Assembly (NCBI RefSeq): GCF_902713615.1
Contig: NC_052154.1
Span: 80,641,072 to 80,705,071, forward strand
DNA from: Scyliorhinus canicula
Taxonomy: Eukaryota
DNA length: 64,000 nt
Direction of reading: 5' to 3'
The position numbers and the translations under genes were made by a program. Below the pieces are notes generated by a model that did no database searches, was not told the origin of the DNA, and was given only the letters and a program-made list of their open reading frames with translations. Shown here in pieces: positions 51,420 through 64,000 of the stretch; position 1 is the stretch's first letter; each line of letters opens with the position of its first letter.

Positions 51420-54400
51420 GGAGTTTATAATAAGGTCCTGCATCCGAGCCTGGATCGTCCGAGCCCAAAGTCGTTGAGGAGGTTGGCAGTAGCTAGGGAG
51501 CTGAGGGGGTTCATGGAGCACATGGGGGGGGGGGGGATTTGAGAGGCTGAGGGTGAAGGAGTTCTTCTCCCATGTGCACCGGGTGTATGTGTAGATGTGC
51601 ACTGGCTGGGGTAACTGACTCGGGGTATTCGCCAATCATGGTCTTTGACCACGCATCGCATTGGGTGGATTTGCGGGTGGTTTGGGGGAGGCCGAGCGGC
51701 CACAGTGGAGTTTAGGTGTGCGGCTGTTAGCGGATGTGGGGGTGTGCGAGTGTATGAGGGCTGCCATTCTTGATTATGTAGAAGTGAATGATACAGAGGA
51801 GGTCACAGCCGCCACCTCGTGGGAGGTACTTAAGGCAGTAGTTGGGGGGAGTTTATTTTGATTCGGGCTCACAGGGAGAGAGGGGGTGGACTGGGAAGAG
51901 TGGGCAAGCCTAGTTGAGGAGACCTTGAGGGTGGATAGGAGATACGCTGTGGCGCCGGAGGAGGGGTTGTTGAAGGAGAGACGGTGGCTCCAGATGGAGT
52001 TTGGGTTAGTGTTGACGCAGAAAGTCGTGGGGCAGTTGCGGAGGGACAAAGGGGCAGTATGAATACGGGGAGAAGGCATAGGATGTTGGTCCATCAATTG
52101 AGGAAGCAGACAGTGGCAAGGGAGATTGGTAGGGTGAGGGACGAGGTTGGTAAGGTGGTATGGATCTGGAGGGGGTGAATGTGGTTTTTGAGGCCTTCTA
52201 TACAAAACTTTACGAGTCGGAGTCCCCGATGAGGGAAGAGGGATGAGGCGGTTCTTGAATGGATTTGAGTTTCCCAAGATGGAGGAGAGGTGGGTGCAGG
52301 GTCTGGAGGCCATGATTGGGCTGTGGGAGATGATGGATGGCATGAGGGTCGATGTAGTCAGGGAAGGCCCCGGGTCCGGACGGGTTCCCAGTGGAGTTTT
52401 ATAAGAGGTTTGGAGCGGAGCTGGGGCCACTGCTCGTGAAGGCGTCTAATGAGGTGAGGGAGAGGGGGGACGCCTCCCTACTTTGTCGCAGGATTCTATC
52501 TCCATGATTCTTAAAAAGGATAAGGACCCGGAGAAGTGTGTGTCGTAGATCATAGAATTTACAGTGCAGAAAGAGGCCATTTGGCCCATCGAGTCTGCAC
52601 GAATATCCAAGGAGTTTTAGATGCCTGCAGGTATGGGATTTTGCGAGGCTCATAGGAAGATCACCCTACCTAAGCCCACACCTCCACCCTATCCCAGTAA
52701 CTCCATCTAACCTTTTTTTTTGGACACTAAGGGCAATTTAGCATGGCCAATCCACCTAATTTGCACATCTTCGGACTGTGGGAGGAAACCGGAGCACCCA
52801 GGGAAAACCCGCACAGACACGAGGAGAACATGCAGACTTCGAGCAGACAGTGACCCAAGCCTGGAATTGAACCTAGGACCCGAGAGCTGTGAAGCAACTG
52901 TGCTAACCATTGTGTAAACGTGCCGACCGATATCGTTGTTGAATGTTGATGCCAAGTTCTTGGCGAAGGTGCTTGCATCGCAGCGAGGGGGAGAGAGGGA
53001 GAGAGGATGAGCTGGTGGTGGCGATGGATGCGGAGAAGACTTTTGATCAGGTGGAGTGGGCGCATTTGTTCGAGGTATTGGTGAGGTTCGGGTTCAGACA
53101 GGGGTTTGTGATTTGTGTCCGGTAGATGTATAAGCTACCAGTGGCCAGTGTGCGGATGAACCGAGTGAGTTTGGGGTACTTTGCATTACACCATGGGACG
53201 AGACAGCGGTGTCTGTTCTCCCTATTGCTTTTCACCTTGGCGATAGAGCCACTGACAATGGTGCTTAGGACGTCGAGGGATTGAGCGAGGTGGGTCGAGC
53301 ATAGGATTTTGTTGTACGCAGTTGATCTGTTATTGTATATTTCGGACCCACTGGGCTGCATTGGGGCGATCATGAGGATTCTGGGGAAATTTGAGCCGTT
53401 TTCGGGGTATAAATTGAATATGTGAAAGAGTGAGGTGTTCCCAATCAATGCTAGAGGACAGGAATGGAGGTTAGGGGTGTTGTAATTTATGGTTGTGGGG
53501 ACGAGCTTTAGATACCACCAGGTGGTGCAGAATTGGGCCCAGCTGCATAGGTTGAACTTGGCTCAATTTGTGGAGTGGATGAAGGTGGATTTTAGAGGTG
53601 GGATGTTTTGCCGTTGCCACTGGCATGGCCAGTTAGACAGTTAAAATGACGGTGCTACCTAGGTTTCTGAACCTCCCCATCTTTGTCCCTGAGTCGCTTT
53701 TCAGATAAGTCAATGGATTGATCTTGGGGTTTGTGTGGATGGGGAAGGCCCCATGGGTGCGACGGGCTTTTCTGGAGCGGGGACGAGGGATGGGGCAGGG
53801 GCTTGGGGGGCTGGAGTTATCGAATTTGATAAATTACTATTGGGCTGCAAACATTGCAATGAGGGAATGGGCAGCGGAGGAGAGACCTGTTTGGGAACAG
53901 GTGGAGGCGGCAAGGTGTAGGGGGACGTGCTTGAGGGCTTTGTAGTTGGCGCCTCTGCCATTCTCACCAGCCAGGTATTCCATTAGTCCAGTAGTGGTGT
54001 CAGTTCTGAGGGTGTGAGGACACTTGGGGAGAGAGGGTGCATCGTTGTGGGCACCTATTTGCGAAAACCATAGGTTTGTGCTGGCGTGGCTGGATGCGAG
54101 GTTTGGGGGCTGGCAGCAGGTGGGGATTGACTACTTCAGAGACTTGTTTATGGGGGAAACATGTTCAGGGCTGGAGGAGTTGGAGGAATTGTACGAGTTA
54201 CCCAAGGGGTTTTAGGTCCCTGCAGGTGAGGGATTTTGTGAGAAGGAAGGTGCCGTCCTTCTGGGTTTGCCCCTCGGATGCTGCAGGATAAGCTCCTGTT
54301 GGAGGCTGAAATAGAGGAGGGGACGGTGTTGGATATTTACAAGGAGTTGATGGAGAGGTAGGACACCCTGGTGGAGGATGTTAAGCACAAGGATGAGGAG

Positions 54401-56200
54401 GAGCTGGGAGTGGAGCTGGGGACTGGGATATGGGCTGAGGCCTTGTGGAGGGTGAATATGTCCTCGTCATGCATGAGATTAAGTCTCATCCAGTTTAAAG
54501 TGGTGCATAGGGCCCATATGACTGTGGCGAGGATGAGCAGGTTTTTTGAGGGGGAGGATAGATATGGGCAGTGCGCAGGGGGGTCTGTGAATTACATCCA
54601 CATGTTTTGGGCGTGTCCAAGATTAAGAGGGTTCTGGCAGGGATTTTCGGCGCTTCTGGGGATAAGGTTGATCCCGAGTCCGGAGGTGGCGATATTTGGG
54701 GTGTCGGAAGATCTGAGAGTACAGGGCGTGGTAGAGAGGCAGTTATTGGCTGTTGCCTCCCTCATAGCCCGGAGATGAATTTTGTTATGTAGGAGGGACT
54801 CGGAGCTGCCATAGCGACCTCGCAGAATTCCTGCGGTTAGAGAAGATCACGTGGGGGTTGGGACAGGGGTTCACTTAAAAATGGAAACCAGGCCGGGAAA
54901 CATGTTTAGATATCTGCAGGTAAAGGCATTCGCTAGACGGCAGGTGAAGGGATTCCCTGCGCTCCCCGCGAGGAGGGTGAGTGACAGGGTGCTCTCGGGG
55001 GTCTGGGTCGGGGAGGGGAAGATTTCCGATATCTACAAGGTTATGCAGGAGGTGAAATAGGCGTCAGTAGAGGAGCTGAGAACGAAGTGGGAGGGGGAAC
55101 TGGGGGAACAGATCGAAGACGGGACATGGGCTGATGCCCTGGAGAGGGTAAATTCTTCCTCCTCGTGTGCGCGGCTTAGCCTCATCCAATTCAAGGTGCT
55201 GCACCGGGCCCACATGACTGGGACGAGGATGAGTAGGTTCTTTGGGGGTGAAGATAGGTGTGTCAGGTGCTCGGGGAGTCCAGCGAACCATGCCCATATG
55301 TCCTGGGCATGCCCGGCATTGGAGGAGTTCTGGAAGGGGGTGGCGAGGACGGTGTCAAGGGTGGTGGGATCCAGGGTCAAGCCAGGATGGGGACTCGCGA
55401 TCTTTGGGGTTGGGGTAGAGCCGGGAGTGCAGGAGGCGAAAGAGGCCGGTGTGCTGGCCTTTGCGTCCCTAGTAGCCCGGCGAAGGATTTTGCTACAGTG
55501 GAAGGACGCGAGGCCCCCAAGCCTGGAGACCTGGATCAATGACATGGCGGGCTTCATTAAGCTTGAGAAGGTTAAATTCGCCCTGAGAGGATCGGTGCAA
55601 GGGTTCTTTAAACGGTGGCAACCTTTCCTCGACTTTCTGGCTGAACGATAGGGTACTGGGACAGTAGCAGCAGCAACCCGGGGGGGGGGGGGGGGGGGGG
55701 GGGGGGGTTGGTTTGGGGGGGGGGGGGGCGTTGATTATGTTTGCTTATTTTATTTAAATTTGATTTATTTAATTTTAATTTATGGTTAAGTTCTCTTGTT
55801 GGGGGGGTGGGGGGAGTGTGATACATGTGATGTTACAGTATGGGGGAATTGTGGGTGTTATGGGGCTGCTAGTTGCATATTACTGCTTGTTGCTATACTT
55901 GTTGTTATATTTTTATATTTTCTGTAAAAAATTCCAATAAAAATTATTTAAAAAAAAAAAATGGAAACCATTTATTGATTTGTTCAAGGAGGATTGAGGA
56001 GTCAGCGAGGGGGTGGCATTCCAGGGAGAGTAAGGGAGGTAAAAAAAGGGGAAGGTGGGACATGGTTGGGTGTCGGTTTCAGAAGGGCTGGAGGGTTGGG
56101 GTGGTTGGTTGGGTTGATGTGATGGTCTTTTGAGGCTCTTTGGTTGTTCTTTTGAATACTTATATTTTGTTGAAGAGCCTTGAACAAAAATATTTAAAAA
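51420..56200 (+). mobile_element. Older L1/Tx1-clade LINE (APE C-terminus to 3' UTR), decayed; interrupted by a SINE (-, about 52548-52913) and a young L1 (54891-55956)
   Basis: Degenerate SDHA..., WEVLKAVV, PISLLNVDAK, LSLIQFKVVHRAH and C.G.SVNYIHMFWAC; A-rich end near 56200. Confidence 0.82.
54891..55956 (+). mobile_element. Young 5'-truncated L1/Tx1 copy with TSD
   Basis: Nearly identical to the reverse complement of 36035-37100; TSD aaaaatggaaacca at 54877-54890 and 55957-55970. Confidence 0.92.
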
Positions 56201-57860
56201 AAGAAGTGTGAGGTTATCCATTTTGGACCAAAAAAGGATAGAGTAGAGTACTTTCTAAATGTAAAGAGGTTAGATACAGCTGATGTCCAAAGAGACTTGG
56301 GGCTTCAGGTGCATAGATCCTTAAAATGCCAGGAACAAGTGTGGAAAATAATCAAAAACGCAAATGGAATGTCAGCCTTTATATCAAGAGGATTGGAGAA
56401 TAAAGACACGAACGTTATGCTGCAACTTTACAAAACCCTGGTTAGACCCCACTTGAAGTATTGTGAGCAATTCGGCGCACCACACCTCAGGAAAGATATT
56501 TTGGCTTTGGAGGGAGTGCAGCGTAGGTTTACAAAAATAATACCTAGACTACAGGGGTTAAGTTACGAGGAGAGATTACTCAAATTAGGACTGTTTTCAC
56601 TCAGATTCAGAAAGTTAAGCGGTGATCTGGCCAAAGTATTTAAGGTATTAACAAGGGTGGCACGGTGACCCAGTGGTTAGCACTGCTGCCTCACGCCGCT
56701 GAGGTCCCGGGTTCGATCGGCCCCGGGTCACTGTCCGTGTGGAGTTTGCACATTCTCCCTGTGTCTGCGTGGGTCTCACCGCACAACCCCAAAATATGTG
56801 CAGGGTAGGTTAATTGTTCATGCTAATTTACCTACCTCTCAATTGAAAAAAAAGAATTGGATACTCTAGATTTAAAAAAAATATTAACAGGGAAAGATAG
56901 GGGCCAGGATTCTCCGAGCCCGCGCCGACTCGGAGAATTGGAGTTGACGCCGAGACGGCCCACGACGCATGTCCGACGCCAGGAAGCAATTCTCCGGTGA
57001 CTGGAAAATTGCCGCCAGCCGCAGGCCCAATTGAGGCAGCGTCGGTCGGGGGTCGGTGAAATAGGCCCCTGTGGCGATTCTCCGCGGCCGAGTTCCCGTC
57101 GGCGTGGTTCTAACATGGTTCCAACCAACGGGAGTTCAGACCCAAAGCCGCGGTGGCCATCCTGGTTGGGGGGGGGGGGGGGGCACGGGGGAATCAGACT
57201 CCTGAGGGGGCCTCCATGACAGCCAGGCCAACGATCGGGGGCCACCGATCGCCGGGTATGCGCGATCCGGGGGACCCTACCTTCTTCAGCGCCGGCCCGC
57301 TGTGTGGGTCTGCCATGTTGCGCGGGCCCAGCGCGCAGGTGGCGGCTGCGCACATGCGCGGACCCGCGGCCAGCAATGCAGGGCCTTATATCGGCATCGG
57401 CGCTGCGTGGAGCACTCCGGCACTGTGCTGACCTCCTGTGGGCCATGGAACCGCTGGGCCAGGAGGCCCGTTGACGCCAGCGTAAAACACTCCGGTGTTT
57501 ACGCCGGCGTCAACACTTAGCCGTCGTACTGCAGATTCCAGGCCAAGGTAGATAAAAGATAAGCTATTTCCACTTGTTGGAGATTCTAAATATTAGTGCC
57601 AGACTGTTCATGAGAGATGTTCGGAAGCACATCATCACTCAAAGGGCAGTAGAGGTTTGGAACTCTCTCCCATAAACAGCGGTTGAAACTGGAACAGTTG
57701 TTAATTTTAAATCTGAGATAGATAGAATTTTGTTAAGTCAAGATATTAAGGAATATGGGCCAAAGACAGGTTAGGCCACAGATCAGCCATGATCTCATTA
57801 AATGGAAAGACAGGCTCAAGGGGCTGAAGGGCCCACTCCTGTTCCTATGTTTCTAAATTG
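56200..57860 (+). mobile_element. CR1 3' fragment interrupted by a SINE (56654-56881, TSD tattaaca) and a Harbinger MITE
   Basis: QLYKTLVRPHLKYC and RKDILALEGVQRRF; CR1 sequence resumes after each insertion. Confidence 0.8.
56901..57545. mobile_element. Harbinger-type MITE, GC-rich, about 645 bp
   Basis: Starts gggccaggattctcc and ends gcagattccaggcca; inserted within the CR1 remnant. Confidence 0.75.
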
Positions 57861-58667
57861 CATCTCCATCGTGGGTGGCATCTTGGCCAATTCTGATTTG
57901 CACCTAAATATTTTGGCTGAGTGGAAAAAGTATTGCAGTGTTGCACAGGTTGAAACATGATTGTGCTGCAACTAAAGTAAACCACCTGATCCTGGCTTGG
58001 GTCATTGTTTGAACATGGTCGCATGAGGGGTTATGCAACTGAAATTAATAAGACATGAGAGATTGTGTAACTGAACAATTGTAGGTCAGGAAATGAGGTT
58101 GCTATTTCCTGCTGCTCAGAACCAAAGACAAAGAGATGGAAATTGAATGAAGTATGTTTCTAACATAGAAGGTATACAACAATATTGAAAGATGAAATGA
58201 AATGAAAATTGCTTATTGTCACAAGTAGGCTTCAATGAAAAGCCCCTAGTCGCCACATTCCGGCGCCTGTCCGGGGAGGCTGGTACGGGAATCAAACCGT
58301 GCTGCTGGCCTGCTTTAAAAGCCAGCGATTAAGCCCAGTGAGCTAAACCAGACCCCTTTTGGTGATTATTTTAATAGAAACCTGCATTACATCCCAGGTT
58401 GACTTATGGTAAAGTGAAGAGCATTGTGTTCTTCAAGATTAGCGACCTAATTTCAATCTTTGGCATATATATTAGAAGGAGCATATCAATTTATATATTT
58501 CAGGCTGACGTAGGAACAGTGCTTGTTTTGAGATGAAAGTTTATACACATGTTAAATCAAATAAATAGCAATAATATTGAACTTTCAGCCATACTCAAGA
58601 CAATTTTCTGCAGCTACACTAAGAATCGTTCAATTCTTCAGTCTGCGAACTGAATTTGAGATAATCT

Positions 58668-61600
58668 GGGTCAGATTCTCTGGCTGTGTTGCGTTCGGCG
58701 TCAATCCCACTATTCCCTCTGAACAGGGAGAGCTGCTAAACGGGTTTCACGTCGGGTGTTACGGGCCAGGAACATCGTGATCGGTTCTTGCTGGGCATGA
58801 ACCGGATTTGCATATTTAAATGAGTCTTAAAACTCATTTAAGGATGTGCAGCCCATTCAAGGCTGGAGTCTCCCGGCTCCTGGGATTCACCAGTCCCATC
58901 GGTGCAGCGTGAGGTTAGCACGACTCAGTACCGGTCTCCAATAATGGGGTTCAGAGGCGGTGACCACGCTGGGAGGCATGGAGGCCATTGGAGGCCCCAG
59001 GTGATTGGGTACAAGGCAGGGCAGTGTCCTGCCACTGAGCATGGCACTTGGTCAGTTCCAACCAGGCAGTGCCAAGGTACCAAGGCACCAGTGCCAAGGC
59101 ACTACCAAGGGGTGGGACTTGAAGGGGGGCATGAAGGGCTTGCATAAAGAGGGGCCTGAAGCTGGGAGGCCTGAAGTTGAAGGGTGTGGAGGGTGGGGAC
59201 ATGAAGGGGGGGGGGGGGGGGGGTTGAAGGGGATTATAAAGGGCGACGCCTGAAGTGGGCACATGGCAAACTGAAAGGGGGGTATGGCTGAAAGGTGGGG
59301 AGTGGTGTCCCAATGCCAACGAGGATGGATGGGAGTGGGGTTAGGTCACCTTCTTGCCTGATGGTGTGGCGGAGCTGGGCAGGGAGGGGGGGGGGGGGGG
59401 GGTGTTGATCTGGACATTTAGTGATGAGGGAGGTTGCTCTACCGGGGTCAAAGGTCAGTAGTGTTGCCTATGTCGGTGTGGGAATGAGGGGGGTGGGAGG
59501 TGGTGGGGGTCACGATGACCATGAGTGGAGGACTTTCAACTTAACTTTGAGATCTGGGCACCCTGTAGGCACCTCGATCTCTGAGAAGCCGGTCTTACCA
59601 ACGTCTTTAGTTCTGCACTCCTGAAAAAATACTAGGTTCAGTGAGAACCTCCCAAAAGTGAGAACCACCCCACATTTCTCACCTTCCCAGGGTATGTGTT
59701 ACTTCACTCCAGGCTACTGGGACTGTGTCAGCACTGTCAGCGGGTCACTGTCGAGGCCAGGGGGGTGATGATGAACCGCAGAGACCTGGGTGCTGGTGCT
59801 CCTCAATCTATGCCATAGTCTAACTTCTGCCTGTCACCTGCACATGGTGTGTTCAATCCTGGCCTCGGATCACTCTTCGTGTGGAGTTTGCACATTCTCC
59901 TGTGTCTGCGTGGGTCATAGATCATAGAATTGACAGTACTGAAGCAGGCCATTCGGCCCATCGAGTCTGCACCAGCACAGGCAGCACGGTAGCATAGTGA
60001 TTAGCACAATTGCTTCACAGCTCCAGGGTCCCAGGTTCGATTCTGGCTTGGGTCACTGTCTGTGCGGAGTCTGCACATCCTCCCCGTGTGTGCGTGGGCT
60101 TCCTCCGGGTGCTCCGGTTTCCTCCCACAGTCCAAAGATGTGCAGGTTAGGTGGATTGGACATGCTATATTGCCCTTAGGGTCCAAATTGCCCTTAGTGT
60201 TGGGTGGGGTTCCTGGGTTATCGGGATAGGGTGGAGGTATGGGCTTGGGTAGGGTGCTCTTTCCAAGAGCTGGTGCAGACTTGATGGGCCGAATGGCCTC
60301 CTTCTGCACTGTAAATTCAATGAAAAAAAACAGCCCTTGGAAAGAGCACCTTACCCAAGCCCGCACCTCCACCCCATCCCAGTAATCCAGTAACTCCACT
60401 TAACCTTTTTGGACACTAAGGGCAATTTATCATGGCCAATCCACCCAACCCGCACATCTTTGGACTGTGGGAGGAAACCGGAGCACCCGGAGGAAACCCA
60501 CGCAGACAATGGGAGAACGTGCAGACTCTGCACAGTGACCCAAGCCAGGAATCGAATCTGCGACACTGAAGCCGTGAAACAACTGTGCTAACCACTATGC
60601 TACCGTGCTGCCACTAAACACTATGCTACCATGCTACCTGTAGATGTAGGTAGGGGGTCAACCCAAAGATGTGCAGAGTGGGTGGATTGGCCACGCTAAA
60701 TTGCCCCTTAATTGTAAAATAATTGGGTACTCTCCATTCATTAAAAAAAAAACCTGCATGCGGTGTGCCGGGAGGGGGGGTTGTGTCGTACTGATTGTGG
60801 TGAAGGGTTTTGAATGTTTCACAGGTGTACAGCAATGCCCCACTCTCCCAATGGTGCTGCCATACTCTCCTTTCCACCCTCTTAACCTCCTTGTCCCGAC
60901 CTACTCCTCTCGCTTCCCCCTCCTCCAGTGCCCACTCAATGATCCTTGAAGTGCTCAGTCTTCCTTCTACCGCTACGTCTAGGTTTGTCCCCAGGATGCA
61001 CATCAGAGGTGGCAGGCATTCTCTGGGGACTCTGGGACCGGAGGGCCGCGGCGTATTTGTCGGCGGCACATGCACAGCCATGCCACCCTGTCCCGTGTGC
61101 TGATGCGAGATGCGGCCTCATCAGAGTGGTGGAACTCGGGGAACTGGTGGCCACCATCCCCATTCGCTGGGACGGGTTGTGTTGGCACCCTACGCCCCCT
61201 CCTCCCAGTCGGTGCCCAGAGGGCCCTGGAGTTCACCTCGGGTTGGAGGGGCAGTTGGATCGAGTCCTGTTTGGCCCTCGCCGATGCTCCTCAGTGATTG
61301 GGCCATGCTCTGCAGTGCCTCGGCAATGCCCACCTACGACTGGGACAAGCTCCGCAATGCCTTGGCGATGCCCATCTGAGACTCGGACATGTACTGCAGA
61401 ACTTCATCAAGGTCAGCGTGGTACTGGGTCACATCGGCCAGCAAGTCGAACATTCTGCTGAGGCCCTCAGGCATGGCTGCCACCAACTCTGCCATGCCTT
61501 GGACACCTCCACTAATGCTGCTGTTGTCACGCAGAAGGCTCTCCACTGTGGTCACCACCCGAGCAGTTTTGGCCTTAGTGCCACGCATTGCCGGCGACAT

Positions 61601-63806
61601 CTCCTGCGCCTGTAGTCTCTGGGACTCCTTAATCAGCTATGGACCTGCTGAGGTGTCACTGACATCTCCCTCTAAGGTCGCGGCTACTCCCGAACATCTC
61701 CATCAGCTCCGGGATAACCTGTTCCACTAGCTCAGCATCTGGCTGGGACCCAGCTGGGTCCTAGGATCCAGCAGACCTCTGACATCTGTCTCACCTGGGC
61801 TTTCCTGCCTCCACCTGACGTACATCAGCAGCTGTGTGGTGCTCACCAGGCTGTGCCCCAGAAGCCTGACCACTAACATTGCCTACCGAGATGTGTGTCT
61901 ATGCTGGTGGAGGGTGGGGATGACAGCTGTGACGCATCGATTGTGGCACTCTTGGAGCTCTCCTCTGAGCTGGTCTCCTGGAAGACAGGGGAGTGGCCAA
62001 CCCGGATGGCCCAGTGCCATCAGCTGGAGGACCTGCAGGAGAATGGACATGTGGCCAGTGGAAGGATGGGTCAGACTGTATGGCATTAACAACTCACGTT
62101 TGACAGGTCCTCTAGGTGGGGCTCGGTGGATCCTCATCTCTGCAGCGTGTGCCAACCTCTGCATTGGTGACCGCTCTGTCCTTGGCTATCCCTGTCACCT
62201 CCAGGGCCTGTCCCTCAAATATCATGAGGATTCTTGTGCCCGACACCGCAACATCAGTCTGGGCCCTCTCCTGGAGCTTGTGGGTGAGCTTCTCCCTCGG
62301 AGACACAGAGAGGGCATCATTAGCTGCACGAATGGTTCAGAGTGGTGGTTGGGGGGGAGGGGGTAAAGGAAGGGTTCGGGGGAGTTGAAGATGGGGGTGA
62401 AGGAAGGGTCCGGGGGGCACACTGTGAGTTTAGGGGGGTTGCACACATGGGGGTGGAAAGGTCTCGGAGGGAGGGGGGGTGGTGTAAACTCACTGGCACA
62501 GCGGGGATATGGGGAGGACACCTGCTCCGGTGCCCATCAAGGTGATGGTTGTCTGAACCTTTATGCCACAGGGTCCTTCCAGGCGCCGAGTAGGGACCAG
62601 ACAGGGATCTCACAGACCTCGGTGCACAGGTACGTCTCCGTGCTGTCACGGAGGCCCTATATGCTCAGGCATCTCATTACATCCACTTCAATGAGGATCG
62701 AGCCCATCAGGATGCCCGGGCACCAGGATTCGTCGCCATTGGTAGGATGTCCTGGGTCCAGGGCGTGATCGACAGGATGCATGTCCCCCAACGGGCATGC
62801 TGCAGATAACAGGCTGTTCTACACAACCGAAAGGGGCTCCAAGCAATGAACGTGCAGCAGATATGTGATCATCAGGTGCGCACCAAACATGTCTGTGTTC
62901 AGGACTCAGACAGTGTGCACGACACCTTCACCCTGGCACACACTATGGTTCCTGACATGTTCGACACTGCATCCCAATCCTACACTCCCTCACTCCCCGC
63001 CACCCCCTCCCCGCCACCCCCTGCCTGCAAACTGCCTCCGTGATACAGATCTGTCGCAATTTGGGGTGGGGGCCCTGGGGTGACAGTAACACCAGGTCTG
63101 GTCCATGGATTCGAGGATAATGACAACACACTTTGCGATGAGCTCTGGCGCTCCGTATCGTATGACGACATCTGACTCCTGCTCATTGTCGCACTGTTCA
63201 CTGTCCACCTGGGTGATCCCTGCATGAGAGCGGCCATTCCATCACAAGGTCACATCGGAAACCTGGGGTGGCGGTGGTGGGGGCGGGGCCTGGTGGGCTC
63301 GGTCCACCCACAGGGTCTGCTCATTCCCCATTCCCCCCATCGTCTGCCCATTTCTACACCCCTCCGCCCGCCCAGCCCAGCCCACCCCTCACACCCATAT
63401 ATATATCGCCCAGGCACAGGGAACGGCAGCAGCTGGCAGCCTCCTTCCTGGATCGGGGTACAAAGTTATTCGCCGCTCCTCTACTGTGCCCAAGAGGGTC
63501 TCCAGCTCGGCATCGGTAAACCTCGGGGCTGTTTCCCTCGCTGGCATCTTGTTGGCTGGGATGGTGTGTGTGGGGAGTGAGGTGTGTATGTGCGGCTGCA
63601 GCCTGTCAGCCTTTGAGTGTGAATCGCGAATCCGGTGAATACGGCACCATTTCCCATTAGAATTGATTGCATTCCACATGGTGCCAGCGCTAGTCCCTTA
63701 GCAGTAACGGAATTGGTCCAGGTGTGGCAGCAGATTTTCTATTGTGAAAGTCCACGAATTCTGCATTGGCGTCAACACTTAGTCTCAGAAACAGGGAATC
63801 CCACCC
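58668..63806. mobile_element. Harbinger element 3 (rearranged), with a SINE cluster at about 59860-60750
   Basis: TIR-like ends gggtcagattctctg and cagggaatcccaccc (12/15); Myb exons on the minus strand at 63547-63410, 62330-62100 and 61850-60880; nuclease fragment on the plus strand at 62505-62990 (NLYATGSFQ...GISQTSVHR, MNVQQICDH). Confidence 0.7.
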
Positions 63807-63884
63807 GATATGTGCAATTAAACATGAAAATCCAGAAGATGTTGAACCAAGTTGCCTTGCTCTTCCACAATCTTTGCTGCATCT

Positions 63885-64000
63885 CAAATATAATAGTAAT
63901 AATCTTTATTTGTGTCACAAGTGGGCTTATATTAACACCGTAAAGAAATTGCTGTGAAAATCCCCAGGTCGCCACATTCCGGTGTCCATTCGGGTGCACA
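63885..64000 (-). mobile_element. SINE type B 3' end (cut by the window edge)
   Basis: taataatctttatttgtgtcacaagtgggctt...gtcgccacattccgg. Confidence 0.75.

Noticed and set aside
56898-57548. 3-bp TSDs for the Harbinger elements and MITEs
   Set aside because: Flanking triplets do not match cleanly (for example tac/tat and tct/gat), so no TSD is claimed
58380-58667. Possible exon of a neighbouring gene (acceptor-like atttcag and ttctgcag)
   Set aside because: No recognisable protein motif or matching donor; unsupported

Overview
Vertebrate genomic DNA, most likely a cartilaginous fish (shark); this is inferred from the HE1/V-SINE-like, DeuSINE-like, CR1, L2, L1/Tx1 and Harbinger repeat content. 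I can reconstruct one host gene, on the + strand: a five-exon immunoglobulin-superfamily type I membrane protein. Its exons are leader 6682-6736, IgV with a germline-encoded J-like G strand 6973-7284, IgC1 16770-17066, TM plus Cys cluster 20669-20788 and cytoplasmic tail 31467-31669. All introns are GT-AG and phase 1, and the spliced ORF is 987 nt / 328 aa. The protein has antigen-receptor-like VJ-C1 architecture without RSS, no charged TM residue, no cytoplasmic tyrosine, and a CxxC motif in the tail. Its introns carry two TSD-flanked palindromic Penelope-type elements with minimal hammerhead-ribozyme motifs, an old Gypsy pol split by a young CR1 with an intact 967-codon ORF2, tandem repeats and many SINEs. 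Everything downstream of about 33 kb is nested transposon debris: three large decayed Harbinger elements (Myb-like plus DDE nuclease), Harbinger MITEs, L2, L1/Tx1, CR1 and SINEs. Repeat boundaries were read by eye and are approximate unless junction sequences are quoted.
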